Of a stretch of DNA of 35,997 nucleotides, positions 35,881-35,997 are shown piece by piece. Origin of the DNA: Sphaeroforma arctica JP610 (Eukaryota). The stretch is taken from contig NW_014040117.1 of the NCBI RefSeq assembly GCF_001186125.1, positions 1 through 35,997 of the forward strand, read 5' to 3'. Below the pieces are notes generated by a model. That model did no database searches. It was not told where the DNA came from and was given only the letters and a program-made list of their open reading frames with translations. How positions within the stretch are numbered: the stretch's first letter is position 1; every line of letters starts with the position of its first letter. The position numbers were made by a program, and so were the translations under genes.

Positions 35881-35997
35881 CACATTTCAGGGAGCACATT
35901 TCAGGTGTAAGATTCGGTCTCTCAAGGCGATATTAACGCCTTAGAATAAATAAACGCGTAGGTAAATTCTAAGTATCGTGAAAATATCAAAGTAAAT

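Overview
Eukaryotic nuclear DNA from a draft assembly (three 20-N gaps), standard genetic code, very intron-rich host. The left half (about 0.4-16.6 kb, minus strand) holds an apparently intact meiosis-specific MutS gene, MSH4. The ORF track largely misses it because it is split into at least 33 small GT-AG exons (at least 786 codons, two 13-nt micro-exons), which I reconstructed by hand. A two-exon TRM112 gene (18083-18677) lies head-to-head with it. The right half is a graveyard of decayed sequence: an intronless erlin-like SPFH/band-7 pseudogene with a long coiled coil; an unknown pseudogene; a 3.3-kb LTR element (two LTRs, PPT, 4-bp TSD) carrying Ty3/gypsy integrase but no recognisable protease, RT or RNase H; a second RT-less integrase relic in tandem; a gag-like relic; and a Ty3/gypsy gag-PR-RT-RH relic with a 22-nt telomere-repeat insertion and a 343-bp duplication with a templated junction. 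All homology calls come from by-eye motif comparison with remembered family sequences; no searches were run. Host identity is not determined. TRM112 style and intron density would fit a unicellular holozoan or early-diverging fungus (inference only).
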